64,000 bases of DNA from Azolla caroliniana (taxonomy: Eukaryota; Plantae; Polypodiophyta), in NCBI GenBank assembly GCA_043228905.1, contig JBHGNT010000006.1, positions 8,680,001-8,744,000 of the forward strand. Reading direction: 5' to 3'. The notes beneath the pieces were generated by a model, which saw nothing but the letters and a program-made list of their open reading frames with translations, searched no databases and was not told the DNA's origin. Each line of letters opens with the position of its first letter. Positions within the stretch are counted from its first letter, which is position 1. Made by a program: the position numbers and the translations under genes. Shown here in pieces: positions 62,599-64,000 of this stretch.

Positions 62599-64000
62599 AG
62601 TCCTTCTCTTGAGAGTTCTACACCTCCCTTAGTACTAATTCCTTCTCTGTTTTAGTATTGTTCCTGACAGTACTTCTCTGTCTTAGTACTGCTCCTGACA
62701 AAACCTAAGTTCACCAAAACTCCGAATGTCAAGTTCATTGATAAACGTAAGCAATCCAATGACACTCTTTACTGTGACTACAAGAAACCGAATCTCTTCT
62801 GTGCATATTGCAAGAAGCGGGGCCACACAAAGGATATCTATCGTCATCTTGAGAGGAAGTCAATGAACACCCCTCCTCAAGACAAATCGACGAGTCACAC
62901 AGGTGATTCTTTTGATGTTGTTGAAGTTCATACCAACCACTTAAGCTCATGTGAATGCACTTTTCCTTCACATTTACTTGGACCTAATGATTTACTCCGA
63001 GCAGTCGGGTATATCAATGGAACACGAGCACATTTCTTGTTTGATTCTGATAGTTCTCACAATTTTCTTAATGATCACTTTGTGGAGCAAATGGAACTCC
63101 ACATAAACGCAAGTGATCATATCTATCAAGTTCACATGGCAAATGGAAGCGTTCAATACATCAGTGGCATTGTTTGTCAACTGCCAATTCAAATAGATAC
63201 CTATTTGGAGAAGCTAGACTTTCATGTTATGAATTCTTTGTCCATTGATTGGGTTAATCACTCAATCACATTTGAACTTAATAATTGTAAACATTTTATT
63301 CAATGTTCCAAAATTCCTTCTCGTTCACTTGTGTCTTCTAAATCTTTCAGTGAGTATTCTAGTTCATTAATTTATTCATGTGTAATTGATCTTGCGCTTC
63401 AATTTTATTATTTTAATATTGACGCTACACAATTACCACATTATGAACAACGATTACTCGACTCTATTTTAGACGATTTTCAAGACGTGTTTCCTAATGA
63501 ATTACTGCTTACTTTACCACCAAAACGTAATGTGGACCATCAAATTGAACTCATCCCCGGTGCTGCTCCTATGAGCATTCCACCTTACTGACTTAGTCGA
63601 TTAAAAGAGGATGAGATCGCTAAACAACTTAAGGAATACTTGAGTATGGGCCACATTAGGTATAGTAAATCACCTTGGGGTGTGCCAGTTCTATTAGTTA
63701 AGAAGAAAGAAGGTTCATGGCGAATGTGTATCAATTATCGTCGTTTGAATAAAATGACAATAAAAAATGCATATCCATTACCTCGTGTCAATGATTTGAT
63801 TGATCGTTTGCATGGGGCCCGATATTTTACGAAAATTGACTTACGAACAGGTTATCATCAGATTCACATTGCCAAGCATGATATTACTAAAACCGCTTTT
63901 CGTACGCGCTATGGCCATTATGAGTTTTTAGTCATGCCTTTCAGGTTGACTAATGCTCCAACCACATTCCAACAAGTGATGAATGACGTTTTCCGAAATC
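54410..64000 (+). mobile_element. Element H: degraded Gypsy (5' LTR ~54410-54814, iMet PBS, gag, PR, RT), runs off the window
   Basis: TGTTAA...TTAACA followed by TGGTATCAGAGC at 54816. Gag 56268-56991 resumes at 62701. Protease FLFDSDSSHNF; [30 protein letters not shown]. Confidence 0.8.
56992..62700 (+). mobile_element. Element G: full-length degraded Tcn1/Tf1-like chromovirus (LTRs 56992-57474 and 62256-62700)
   Basis: TSD AAACC; gag from 57572, [11 protein letters not shown] knuckle, ALLDS protease, RT IIYLDD, RNase H, integrase, chromodomain EYEVAAILDS..YLVDWLGY..TWEP; PPT AAAAGGGGGATAG. Confidence 0.95.

Overview
Eukaryotic, almost certainly non-seed land-plant (moss-like) heterochromatin: about 64 kb of nested transposons with no recognisable host gene. 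Left to right: the 3' end of a Copia inserted in a chromovirus LTR; an L1 ORF1 relic; a small MULE derivative; Copia A (4488-15541, -) with a near-intact Copia B (5956-11344, +) nested inside; a degraded two-gene DNA-transposon-like unit (16001-25686); a three-level nest of gag-only tRNA-Trp LTR elements (C, E), a non-chromovirus Gypsy (D) and a chromovirus (F); Copia relics; a hAT element (49738-54388) interrupted by a 1.8-kb LTR element with inverted LTRs; and a Gypsy (H) carrying a full-length chromovirus (G). The main finding is the two-gene unit. A six-exon gene encoding ParB/Srx + beta-class N4C/N6A DNA methyltransferase lies head-to-head with a Sola-like DDD transposase that has a C-terminal Tudor/BAH-like barrel, suggesting a plant DNA transposon carrying its own amino-methyltransferase. 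Other oddities: tRNA-like Pol III A/B boxes at the start of two LTR families, an inverted second tRNA primer site where the PPT should be in element D, and the inverted-LTR element with a clean TSD. Family assignments come from motif recognition by eye; no database search was run.
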